A stretch of 14,047 nucleotides of DNA from an uncultured archaeon (GCA_964648855.1 CAZYLT010000031.1:1-14047); one strand, 5' to 3'. Positions 1-8,370 are shown, counted from the stretch's first letter. The notes: a model not told the origin generated them from the sequence alone. Translations and numbers: made by a program.

Positions 1-2
1 CA

Positions 3-245
3 TTCGCTGGGGAAAAAACCCAAAGCTTGCTCCGCTCGGCAGTTGTGCGCCCTATTCGGACTAGCATGGTCTGGGGCGAGGCAGCCAGCATCAAATGCCA
101 CGTTCCAATCTCTCTCCCGGATTGTTTTACTATTGCTGCATCAAGAATGTTGAATGGCCTGCCAATGTTTGCTCGTCGGGAAACCGAGATTGTTTCTGCT
201 GCAGAGAAGGGATTATTGAATGACAAGATTGAATTTCTTGAATGA
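3..245 (+). CDS. vapC: PIN-domain (VapC-like) toxin, 5'-truncated by the window edge
   Basis: Frame is open from nt 3 (FAGEKTQSLLRS...). AASIKCHVPISLPDCFTIAAS...LPMFARRETE matches the C-terminal 'SxxDxxxxAxA' PIN motif of archaeal VapC proteins. Confidence 0.75.
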   Translation, partial: FAGEKTQSLLRSAVVRPIRTSMVWGEAASIKCHVPISLPDCFTIAASRMLNGLPMFARRETEIVSAAEKGLLNDKIEFLE

Positions 246-258
246 ACTGTTAGGATTG

Positions 259-378
259 ATTGTTGATCCGATAGGTGCACAGATTGCTGGAATAGTCCTT
301 CAACATGATGAATCGATAGCGACAAGAAATCTAACGAATTTTGAGTTATTTAAGGGCTTGAGAGTTGAATCCTGCCGA
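259..378 (+). pseudogene. 3' remnant of a vapC gene paralogous to 8371..8763
   Basis: IVDPIGAQIAGIVLQHDESIATRNLTNFELFKGLRVESC vs IVDPIDAQIAGIALQHDESIVTRNLAHFELFKTLRVEPY. The conserved Asp is Gly, the stop TGA is CGA, and the N-terminal two thirds are missing. Confidence 0.85.
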
Positions 379-429
379 TTGCCAATGAACCAGAAGAATT
401 GTGGGACGAGAAAACCGGTGCAATCGTAG

Positions 430-480
430 AGGTTGCTCCAGAAAACGGAGTCTCCCTTTTGGTCACGCTGTTGAGTACCT
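430..480 (+). repeat. Module-boundary repeat, copy R1
   Basis: AGGTTGCTCCAGAAAACGGAGTCTCCCTTTTGGTCACGCTGTTGAGTACCT; aligns without gaps to R2. Confidence 0.92.
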
Positions 481-591
481 CTCCAATTTTACACAAGTTA
501 ATTCAAGAAGAGCAGACACTAGATCTTACCCGGTGATTTCTTCAGGGTATGAATGTCGCCTCTGTCGAATGGTCGTGGAAGTGGTGGCAAA

Positions 592-620
592 TTTATATGT
601 ACTCATATGTATACATATGA
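592..620 (+). promoter_or_regulatory. TATA box plus perfect 18-bp palindrome (probable antitoxin autorepression operator)
   Basis: TTTATAT at 592-598; TCATATGTATACATATGA at 603-620, just upstream of ATG 629. Confidence 0.7.
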
Positions 621-628
621 CGATACTC

Positions 629-871
629 ATGGCAAAAAACATAGCTCTTGCTGACGATGTCTATAGGTCCTTGAAACGCAGGAAGAGAGAGGGCGAGAGC
701 TTCAGCCAGCTGATTCGAAGACTCATGAAGAATTGCGGCGAAATAGCAGACCTCGCTGGTTCGGCAACACTCACTGTTGATGAATGGTTAGAGCTGAAAA
801 AGCTGAAGGAAGAGCAGGCTGAGAAGGACCGAGAACGAGCAAAAACCTTACTCTCCCAAGAAGAGGGGTGA
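629..871 (+). CDS. vapB: Antitoxin, archaeal VapB (DUF217-like) family
   Basis: MAKNIALADDVYRSLKRRKREGESFSQLIRRL signature; directly upstream of a PIN gene. Start reassigned to ATG 629, downstream of the TATA box. Confidence 0.88.
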   Translation: MAKNIALADDVYRSLKRRKREGESFSQLIRRLMKNCGEIADLAGSATLTVDEWLELKKLKEEQAEKDRERAKTLLSQEEG

Positions 872-879
872 AATAGTCA

Positions 880-1284
880 GTGCCTCTCTTTGATACCAAT
901 TACATCATTGATTTGACCAGAGGTGACGATGGTGCCGTATCCCTCGCAAAACAAGTGGACAGCGCCTCTGACATCAAAGCAGTATCAGTAGTTACGGTTC
1001 ACGAATACCTCAGGGGGATACTCTACCACCATTTAGACAAGGAAACGAAGGATGAGAAGATGCGCAAGGCCTTTGCAGACCTAGCTCACTTTGAGCAGAT
1101 GGATTTCACATCCGCAATCGCTCGAGAGGCAGCTCTTCTCGATGCTATCTTATACCGAGCTGGAGCCATGATTCCTTATGCCGATGTGATTATAGCCGCC
1201 ACAGCTTCTCATCACAACCTGCCCCTTGCTACTCGCGATTCTCATTTCTATTCTATAGAGGGACTCGATGTTATTCCGTATTAA
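880..1284 (+). CDS. vapC: VapC PIN-domain ribonuclease toxin
   Basis: FDTNYIID ... VTVHEY ... YADVIIAATA ... LATRDSHF: all PIN acidic motifs present. Confidence 0.93.
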   Translation: MPLFDTNYIIDLTRGDDGAVSLAKQVDSASDIKAVSVVTVHEYLRGILYHHLDKETKDEKMRKAFADLAHFEQMDFTSAIAREAALLDAILYRAGAMIPYADVIIAATASHHNLPLATRDSHFYSIEGLDVIPY

Positions 1285-1323
1285 CAAGAAGCGATGGATT
1301 TTGATGGATTCGTGCTGCAGCCT

Positions 1324-1374
1324 AGATTGCTCCAGAAAACGGAGTTTCCCTTACACCCACGCTATTGAGCTCCC
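1324..1374 (+). repeat. Module-boundary repeat, copy R2
   Basis: AGATTGCTCCAGAAAACGGAGTTTCCCTTACACCCACGCTATTGAGCTCCC. Confidence 0.92.
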
Positions 1375-1504
1375 TTTCATTTCTGGTTTGATCGGTACAT
1401 CTAAAGAGAGCAAGAATTTGTTCTTGTGACAAGAAACGAGTGCCCTTGTAGATAGAAACACGGTTAAAGGTTTATTCATGCCTCCTCATTGTGATACATT
1501 GGAT

Positions 1505-1798
1505 ATGCCTGTTGTGGCAGCCTGCATGGGGGCACTGCAAACCGAGAATATGAAACTCATTCTACCCTAGGTTCCCAAGAGTGCTGAAGATGAACTCGAA
1601 GAAGCATTCGCCATTACTTTTAATAGTAGATGGCATTCCACACACAACAAGAAGCAATTGATTTTCTTAATGATTCAGCATTTTCCTCTGGGAGATACTA
1701 CTGCTCCGAAAGCGACTGATCTGTGGAACAAGCCGGAAGAGGTGAACTCCTTCATCCATAAGAAGCGTTGCTACATTTCGAATTCTGACATTGTCTAG
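1505..1798 (+). pseudogene. Possible small gene (98 codons including final stop) interrupted by one in-frame TAG at 1568-1570
   Basis: ATG 1505 lies ~30 nt after a TTTATT box (1471-1476); the frame continues 75 codons past the TAG. No recognisable family. Confidence 0.3.
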
Positions 1799-1960
1799 AA
1801 CAAATAGATACAATCATCACGTTTGGATTGACTTATTATTCAAAGTCTATATTCGAACAAACGTTTTATTGGTAGACAGCCTTATTCTTCAGGAGAAGAA
1901 GCACTTCTTCTTGGAAACTTGGATATTTGAAGTAGCTTGTGAAGCGGCAGGGGATTACCT

Positions 1961-4453
1961 TTGAGCACCATGAAACTCCATCGACAAATTAGGAATTATC
2001 TCATTGGGCTATCTCTAATCCTAGTAATGTTTGGTGTAGTTTTGCAGGTAATCATCTTCAATTATGACATAAGTAATCAGATGGCTCAATCAGAATACGA
2101 GTCAGCACTTGAAGAATATGCAGAAAACAACATATACTATTCTCCTGGCGACGTTGTTCAGTATGTCCGAATTCGACAGAATCCATCAGGTTATTTTGTT
2201 CTAAACCCCGATTTAGTCTTCGAACCCTCGGAATACAATCTCAATACGCTAAAGGCTACACGGTTCTCTGTTATCACACTCAACACGCTGAACCAAACAA
2301 GTGCAATAAATGAAAATGCTACTGTTAACTATGTAATGAGTAACTATGAGAACTATTCAACTCCAGAAGGCACGTTCACCGGTTTCTCAAAATACGAAGG
2401 ATATAGCGCAGGTATTAGGAGTACATGTGACGCGTTAATGACGCTTGAAGCTCTTGATGCACTAGATACACCGACTCTTGACCTCAATTCAGTTGAGCAA
2501 TTCATTCTGCATCATCAGAATCTCGATGGGGGATTTTGGGATGACGACTACCCCCAGTATGGCACAAACTCCACACTTCTTGCCACTTCATTTGCTATGC
2601 GGTCCCTAGGAAGAATCTATCAGTTCCAAGGACGTGAATTCAATGAAACAATCAAGGAAATGATAGCAGAATTTGTCACTGATTGTTTTGATGAGTCTGA
2701 TGCAGGATATGCGAATGAGCCTGGAACCGACTCAACTGACTCTTATGGTGTCTTCAGAGCATTCATCTCATTATGGTGGCTTGAAGGGAGCGATGAAGCC
2801 TCAAGAAGAAGCTACATTGATCAGAATATGGATTTGGGGTCCACTGTTTCCTATTTGTCCAATAATTTATTTGATAATGAAACAGGAGCATTCTATCTGA
2901 ACGAAAATGATGGATTCGACCAGACGTCATTGAAAAGCACCCATCTCATGGTATGGTTTTTTACCGCTTTGAATCGGGATTGGATGCTCAATGTGACTGC
3001 CCTCGGTCATTATTTGATGAGTAGAGAGGTCACGCCAGGTCAATACGGTCCAGACATATATTCCACTTATGCCGCTGTCTTAACTTTTGTCCGTTTGGGG
3101 ATTTCAACAGAACCACTGCCTGTTCCAACACAACCGGCTCTGGTATCACTTGAATATCTTGGTGTTTTCCCATTCGTCATACTATCATTAGGAATCATCT
3201 CAATGACTTCGGCCTATTATTTTCAACATAATGCAATAAAAGCGGAACAATCACAAAGCGAATACCTTGAAAGAGAGGTGGAGAAGCGAACCAAAGAGTT
3301 GCAAATGGAGATTCGTAACCATGAGAAGACACGGGCTGACTTGGAAGAGAGTGAATGCCGCTATCGACGCCTGTTTGAGGACTCCCCGCTATCTCTCTGG
3401 GTAGAGGATTATTCCGGAGCCAAGAAAATATTGGACGACTTAGTAGACTCTGGAGTAACAGATCTCCGCACGCATCTAAGCAAGAACGAGGAGGTACTCT
3501 TACGCTGTGCAGATGCGGTTCAAATCTTAGATGTCAACCAAACAACGCTGACTCTTCATGGGCTCTCCAATAAGAATGAGATTATAGGTCCAGTGTCTCA
3601 AGTCCTGAATCGTGATTCGCTTCCTGTATTTCTCGATCAGATTTTGGCACTGCATTCTGGGCAATTATCATTCGAAAGCGAAATTGAGAATCTCCTCGTT
3701 TCAGGTACGGAAAAGGCACTGATATTAAAGCTCAGCGTACTGCCTGAAAATGAAGATACATTATCAAGGGTGCTTCTTACGATAATTGACATCACGGTGA
3801 GAAAGAGAGCTGAGGAACGTGTCGCAGCTTCGCTAGCAGAAAAGGAATTGCTTCTGAAGGAAATCCACCATCGGGTCAAGAACAATATGCAGATTATCTC
3901 TAGCCTGCTCCATCTTCAGTCTAGTAGGATTGTGGATACTGAAGCAGCCCTTGTACTCCGGGAGAGCGAGCACCGTGTAAAATCAATGGCCATGATTCAT
4001 GAAGCACTCTACCGCTCTGACGACTTGGCTAGGATTGATTTTGAGAAATATATCCACGATCTTACCCGGAACATACTTTTGTCTTTCGGGTCTAGCTTGA
4101 ATAACGTATCATTGAACGTGAATATCAAGGAGAAGTATCTCGATATCGCTATTGCTATTCCATGCGCATTGATAATTAATGAGTTGGTTTCAAACTCTGT
4201 TAAGCATGCCTTTCCTGATGATCGCCCAGGTGAAATCACAATTAGCTTTATAGCCGTTTCTGAAGACATTATGGAGCTATCCGTGAGTGATAATGGAATA
4301 GGGGTGCCCGATGACTTTGACCTGAAAGAAAGTGAAAGCCTAGGACTGAAACTGGTGACTCGCCTAGCGGAGAGGCAACTTAATGGCGCACTATCCTTGG
4401 AGTTGACTGATAAGACGAAATATATGATTCGATTCAAGAGGGGGGGCATCTGA
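1961..4453 (+). CDS. Membrane sensor histidine kinase: TM - prenyltransferase/squalene-cyclase-like repeats - TM - PAS - HisKA_2 - HATPase_c
   Basis: Hydrophobic N-terminal helix; repeats such as [14 protein letters not shown] and [18 protein letters not shown]; second TM ([16 protein letters not shown]); [12 protein letters not shown] entry; H-box [18 protein letters not shown]; [17 protein letters not shown] and SLGLKLV boxes. Alternative start ATG 1970. Confidence 0.92.
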   Translation: MSTMKLHRQIRNYLIGLSLILVMFGVVLQVIIFNYDISNQMAQSEYESALEEYAENNIYYSPGDVVQYVRIRQNPSGYFVLNPDLVFEPSEYNLNTLKATRFSVITLNTLNQTSAINENATVNYVMSNYENYSTPEGTFTGFSKYEGYSAGIRSTCDALMTLEALDALDTPTLDLNSVEQFILHHQNLDGGFWDDDYPQYGTNSTLLATSFAMRSLGRIYQFQGREFNETIKEMIAEFVTDCFDESDAGYANEPGTDSTDSYGVFRAFISLWWLEGSDEASRRSYIDQNMDLGSTVSYLSNNLFDNETGAFYLNENDGFDQTSLKSTHLMVWFFTALNRDWMLNVTALGHYLMSREVTPGQYGPDIYSTYAAVLTFVRLGISTEPLPVPTQPALVSLEYLGVFPFVILSLGIISMTSAYYFQHNAIKAEQSQSEYLEREVEKRTKELQMEIRNHEKTRADLEESECRYRRLFEDSPLSLWVEDYSGAKKILDDLVDSGVTDLRTHLSKNEEVLLRCADAVQILDVNQTTLTLHGLSNKNEIIGPVSQVLNRDSLPVFLDQILALHSGQLSFESEIENLLVSGTEKALILKLSVLPENEDTLSRVLLTIIDITVRKRAEERVAASLAEKELLLKEIHHRVKNNMQIISSLLHLQSSRIVDTEAALVLRESEHRVKSMAMIHEALYRSDDLARIDFEKYIHDLTRNILLSFGSSLNNVSLNVNIKEKYLDIAIAIPCALIINELVSNSVKHAFPDDRPGEITISFIAVSEDIMELSVSDNGIGVPDDFDLKESESLGLKLVTRLAERQLNGALSLELTDKTKYMIRFKRGGI

Positions 4454-4457
4454 AGGA

Positions 4458-6650
4458 ATGGCGGCATCTGCTCATATCATGATTGTGGAGGATGAGGCTA
4501 TAGTAGCTCTAGAAATGGAGGAACTATTGAAGAAATATGGATATGATGTTGTGGCTTCAGCACCTTCTGCTGAGAAGGGTTTGAAAGCGTTGTCACATCT
4601 CAAGCCTGACCTAGTATTGATGGACATCAGATTGAAAGGCGCTATGACTGGAATTGAAGCAGCAGAACATATCCTTAATAATTATTCAGTCCCAGTCATT
4701 TTCATTACAGCATATGCAGATGAAGAAACAGTAAAACAGGCTAGAGCCGCATCACCGTATGGCTATTTACTCAAACCACTCCGGACTGAAGAACTCCATG
4801 CATCAATCCAAGTTGCGTTGCACAAGTTCGAAGCTGACCAAGTAGTGATGACAAAAGGGGAGCACTTCAGACTTTTTTTCGAAAATCTTCCATTTTACTG
4901 TTACATGGTGACGATAGAAGGAAATATTCTAGATGTTAATGCTTTTGCATTGAACACCTTGGGCTATTCAAAAGAAGACTTGAGAGGAAAATCAATTGCC
5001 AGCATCTACACTGCTGATGATACAAGTAGAATAAGAGGGAGGCTACTCGGTTTACAGGATGGTTATACCATAGAAAATGAGGAAACCAATATCATTACAG
5101 CGGAAGGCAGGCAAAGAACGGTTCTTGAAAGCGTGGCTACAGTTCCAAGTGGCCAGCAAATCTTTGCCTTGGTCATTCAGAAGGATATTACCCAGCGAAA
5201 AATGGCGGAGGATAAGCTATGGAGGAGTGAAGAAAGATATGCCGAGCTCTTTCATCGAACAAAAGATGCCATTCTAATAAGGGATTTGGATGGCAACATG
5301 CTTGAAGTAAATCAAAGTGCTGTTGATTTATTCGGTTTCTCAAGGTCTGAATTCCTTCGTACAAAAATCACAAAAATAGCTGATGTAGAGCTTGTTCGAC
5401 ATGTTGAGAAGCGAATAGAAAAAGAAGGTTGGTGCAGAATTGAGGCACCTCTTACAAATAAGTCTGGGGAATCTTTCGATGCAAACATTACATCAAATCT
5501 AATCAAGCTTGGTGAAGAAAGAATTGTCCAAACAATTATAGAGGATATTACGGAACGCAAGCGGGCCGAAGAAACCCTGCGAAAGAGTGAGCAGAAATAC
5601 AGGAAACTGATTGAAAACTCAGTTCAGGGTGTCGCTATCTATCAAAACGATTCCATCGTGTATTCAAACAAATCATTTGCAGAAATCCTAGGTTACTCAG
5701 TCGATGAGATATTGGGCTTGAAAAGAGATGAAATAGAGGATATGATTCATCCTCATGATCAAGAACAGTTAATGAATCAAATCCAGAAGGTGTTGGAGTC
5801 CGATGGACCCCCTGTTTACTATGAGTATCGTGCTTTTCACAAGGATGGACCGCTACGATGGGTGGAATGCAGCTTATCACATATTGAACATAATGATGAA
5901 AAGGCAATTCAAATTGCTCAAATAGATAATACGAGTAGAAAGATGGCTGAGAATAAAGTAGAAGAGGAACGCGACCGAGCAGAGCTCTTTCTAGATTTGA
6001 TGGGCCATGATCTATCAAACATTCATCAAGCTGTTTATGGCCTCCTTGACCTTCTACTAAGTAGCGGAGAGCTATCTGAAAGCACTACTGGCCTTCTCAT
6101 GGAAGCTCTCGACCAAATGAATCGGTGTACTCGTCTTATCCGTAATGTAAAAAAAATACGGGGGATAGAAGAGCTTCCTTCGCAGCTCAAACCAATTAAT
6201 ATATCCTCGGCGATATCACAGGCAGTATCCGAAGTCCAAAGGGATATTCCGCATAAACAACTCAATATCAACATGGATAATAAATTGCGGGATGCATCAG
6301 TTATTGCTGATGAAGACCTTGCCACTGTTTTTTACGAACTACTTCATAATGCATTGACGTTTGATAGGGATCAGTGTGTCGAAGTTGATCTAACAATTGA
6401 TCAAGCCAATGGTGATGAGCTGGTCAGAATCCAATTGGCTGATAGAGGAAGTGGCATTTCTGACACGGAAAAAGAACGGTTGTTCATGAGAGAATCGGCC
6501 ACAAAGACCAAACATCGTAGAACTGGCCTTGGTTTGACTCTGGTGAAACACATAATTAGTAGGTATGCAGGCTCAATATACATAAAAGATAGAGTTGAGG
6601 GAACCTACAAAGAAGGCGCAGTGTTTGTTCTAGAGATTCCAAGAGCATAA
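4458..6650 (+). CDS. Hybrid signalling protein: receiver (REC) - 3x PAS - histidine kinase (HisKA/HATPase_c)
   Basis: IMIVEDE...DLVLMDIRL...FITAY...YLLKP receiver motifs; three PAS units ending DITQRK/DITERK/DNTSRK; LMGHDLSN H-box; ELLHNA, DRGSGI and TGLGL boxes. 4-nt gap after the upstream kinase suggests an operon. Confidence 0.93.
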   Translation: MAASAHIMIVEDEAIVALEMEELLKKYGYDVVASAPSAEKGLKALSHLKPDLVLMDIRLKGAMTGIEAAEHILNNYSVPVIFITAYADEETVKQARAASPYGYLLKPLRTEELHASIQVALHKFEADQVVMTKGEHFRLFFENLPFYCYMVTIEGNILDVNAFALNTLGYSKEDLRGKSIASIYTADDTSRIRGRLLGLQDGYTIENEETNIITAEGRQRTVLESVATVPSGQQIFALVIQKDITQRKMAEDKLWRSEERYAELFHRTKDAILIRDLDGNMLEVNQSAVDLFGFSRSEFLRTKITKIADVELVRHVEKRIEKEGWCRIEAPLTNKSGESFDANITSNLIKLGEERIVQTIIEDITERKRAEETLRKSEQKYRKLIENSVQGVAIYQNDSIVYSNKSFAEILGYSVDEILGLKRDEIEDMIHPHDQEQLMNQIQKVLESDGPPVYYEYRAFHKDGPLRWVECSLSHIEHNDEKAIQIAQIDNTSRKMAENKVEEERDRAELFLDLMGHDLSNIHQAVYGLLDLLLSSGELSESTTGLLMEALDQMNRCTRLIRNVKKIRGIEELPSQLKPINISSAISQAVSEVQRDIPHKQLNINMDNKLRDASVIADEDLATVFYELLHNALTFDRDQCVEVDLTIDQANGDELVRIQLADRGSGISDTEKERLFMRESATKTKHRRTGLGLTLVKHIISRYAGSIYIKDRVEGTYKEGAVFVLEIPRA

Positions 6651-6761
6651 CCCCTCGAACCGAAATAGCAAAATTATGTCCCACAGGATTAATGAAAAAT
6701 TTTGAAATCTCTCTGAGCAAAACAAGCGTTTTCCATATCATATTAAAAGGGTAGAAGCTTG

Positions 6762-6941
6762 CTATTCAATACCGATGCCCTTTATTTCTTCTGAAATTGT
6801 TGGGGCAGGTTTTTCTCCATCTGTCGTAAGTGAATTGGAAATGGGCTCAACTATGGTCCTGTTTTCCGCCCAAGTAACTAAGATATCCACGCCCACCTCA
6901 AGAAATGATGTTACGGTGTCAGGAGTAGAACGAGGGAGCAT
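6762..6941 (-). pseudogene. Decayed AbrB/MazE-type antitoxin paralogous to 13181..13435
   Basis: Translates TSFLEVGVDILVTWAENRTIVEPISNSLTTDGEKPAPTISEEIKGIGIE* vs TSGLEVGMDILITVEGDKIIIEPIPDPISLAIHGKKFASTNLEEIEEISHEQ. N-terminus is lost and there is a premature TAG. Confidence 0.75.
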
Positions 6942-6981
6942 GAGCGACCTGGCAAAATGGGCTCTTTAATCTGACAAGGTG

Positions 6982-7032
6982 ACCGTATTCTAGAGATGTC
7001 TATTCTCTTACAAGCCGTGTTGCTGAGCCCCC
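6982..7032 (+). repeat. Module-boundary repeat, degenerate copy R3
   Basis: ACCGTATTCTAGAGATGTCTATTCTCTTACAAGCCGTGTTGCTGAGCCCCC followed by TTTCGATTTTTCAT; closest to R5 (TCTAGAGA...TCTCTT...TGAGC.CC.T.TCGATTTTCAT). Confidence 0.6.
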
Positions 7033-7147
7033 TTTCGATTTTTCATTTTCATGCGTTTGAAAGAAGTAGATGCTAGATTTTGCTGAGTGATCCCCTTGAA
7101 GAAGAGTCTTTCTCCTCATGACTTCCGTCTGACAGAAATTATGCAGA

Positions 7148-7177
7148 TTTATATACTCATATGGTAACTAAGTAACT
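7148..7177 (+). promoter_or_regulatory. TATA box with ACTCAT motif and GTAACT direct repeat
   Basis: TTTATATACTCATATGGTAACTAAGTAACT immediately upstream of the antitoxin gene. Confidence 0.55.
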
Positions 7178-7179
7178 CG

Positions 7180-7467
7180 GTGTTGTCGGTGTCGACAGTG
7201 AAATTTGATTTGCAGGATGACCTGGAGGAGCTGCAGGCTCGGCTTTACCTTGACACTCGGAAACGGCTCAGCAAGAAAGAGGTCTTGGAACTGGTGTTCA
7301 GAATCGGCAAGGAAAACTACGACCTTATCGTGAGAGAAGTTCAGTCCGGAGAAGTCCCTCTGAGCGATGAAACGATTCGAGAGGTACTCTCTTTGGCCGA
7401 GGATTTAGGGCCGGGTAGCGAAGACCTATCATCAAGCGTGGACGACATTGTATATGGTGGAAGCTGA
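7180..7467 (+). CDS. Putative antitoxin (small protein with acidic C-terminus upstream of VapC)
   Basis: 95 aa; C-terminal EDLSSSVDDIVYG resembles VapB toxin-binding tails; 2-nt gap to the PIN gene. GTG 7189 is a possible alternative start. Confidence 0.8.
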   Translation: MLSVSTVKFDLQDDLEELQARLYLDTRKRLSKKEVLELVFRIGKENYDLIVREVQSGEVPLSDETIREVLSLAEDLGPGSEDLSSSVDDIVYGGS

Positions 7468-7469
7468 AG

Positions 7470-7892
7470 ATGGCGGTCCTTTTAGACAGTAATGTGATCA
7501 TTGCATTTCTCAACTCACGCGACAAGAATCATACCGCCGCCAAAGAATTACTTACAAAATTGAAGCATCCAGAATATGGTATGCGAGTCACAATTGATTA
7601 TGTGCTCGACGAAGTACTGACAGCTTTGTGGATGCATACCCGCCGTAAAGACGTAGTTAAAAAGGCACACCGATTCATTCGAAACACGCCCGAATTCATT
7701 CGATTCGATTATGTCAAATCTGATATCTTCGACTTGGCCTGGAGAAAATGGGAGAAGGTAGCCAGCTGGCCCAAGAAACCCTTGAGCTTCACTGACTCAT
7801 GCATCCTATCCTTCATGGAAAGGCACGATATTGAGTACTTGGCAAGTTTCGATTCAGACTTTGACGGACTCGTTTCTCTAGTGCTCAGTTGA
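7470..7892 (+). CDS. vapC: VapC PIN-domain toxin
   Basis: LLDSNVIIA...DKNH...YVLDEVLT...LSFTDSCILSFM...LASFDSDF. Confidence 0.93.
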   Translation: MAVLLDSNVIIAFLNSRDKNHTAAKELLTKLKHPEYGMRVTIDYVLDEVLTALWMHTRRKDVVKKAHRFIRNTPEFIRFDYVKSDIFDLAWRKWEKVASWPKKPLSFTDSCILSFMERHDIEYLASFDSDFDGLVSLVLS

Positions 7893-7971
7893 AAATAAGT
7901 CCCACTTTTTTCCGTTGTTCAAACTCAATCCACATTGGCACCATCGGGTTTGACGTAATGCAGTGCAACGT

Positions 7972-8021
7972 AGGTTATTCCGGAAACGGAGTTTTCCTTG
8001 CGCGCGCGCTGTTGAGCGCCC
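7972..8021 (+). repeat. Module-boundary repeat, copy R4
   Basis: AGGTTATTCCGGAAACGGAGTTTTCCTTGCGCGCGCGCTGTTGAGCGCCC. Confidence 0.88.
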
Positions 8022-8079
8022 TATCATTTTTCATATTTCAATGCAGAGAGAGCATAATAGATCTAATCGGGAGAGGGCT

Positions 8080-8099
8080 ATGAGTTTATATTTACTCAT
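8080..8099 (+). promoter_or_regulatory. TATA box flanked by inverted repeat ATGAGT/ACTCAT (probable operator)
   Basis: ATGAGT-TTATATTT-ACTCAT, ~30-45 nt upstream of ATG 8127. Confidence 0.65.
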
Positions 8100-8126
8100 G
8101 CACATACATACACAGAAGTGAGGATA

Positions 8127-8363
8127 ATGGGATACAAAACCATATCACTCTCGGTCGAGGCCTACAAGATTCTTAAGAATGCCAAGAGGGAAAACGAGAG
8201 CTTCAGCCAGGTTGTGATTAGGCTCGCAGGTAGACGCTCACTAGATGCCTTTGTTGGATGTATCTCCAAGGAATCAGTCGAGAAACTGTCAGATGCCATG
8301 AACACATTCCGAAAAGAACGTGGAGAAGTGTGGTCTCAGAGCATGAAAGAACTGACGGGATGA
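8127..8363 (+). CDS. vapB: Antitoxin, archaeal VapB (DUF217-like) family
   Basis: MGYKTISLSVEAYKILKNAKRENESFSQVVIRL; SD GTGAGG upstream; precedes a PIN gene. Confidence 0.9.
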   Translation: MGYKTISLSVEAYKILKNAKRENESFSQVVIRLAGRRSLDAFVGCISKESVEKLSDAMNTFRKERGEVWSQSMKELTG

Positions 8364-8370
8364 GGTCATT

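Noticed and set aside
430-480. tRNA fragment (att site) or coding origin for the repeat
   Set aside because: No T-loop GTTCRA or cloverleaf; 1-nt indels between copies break any shared reading frame.
401-628. N-terminal extension of ORF 401..871
   Set aside because: It runs through repeat R1 and the TATA/operator; family similarity begins at Met 629.
1961-1969. TTGAGCACC matching the right arm of the repeat at the kinase start
   Set aside because: Only 9 nt, and the left arm and central dyad are absent; probably chance.
2673-6583. Short antisense/alternate-frame ORFs within the kinase genes
   Set aside because: Shadow ORFs fully overlapping well-supported genes, with no motifs.
7889-8083. 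64-aa ORF (and similar ORFs 6775..6969, 13533..13715, 13442..13642)
   Set aside because: They cross repeat/promoter sequences or are antisense to the abrB remnant; no recognisable product.
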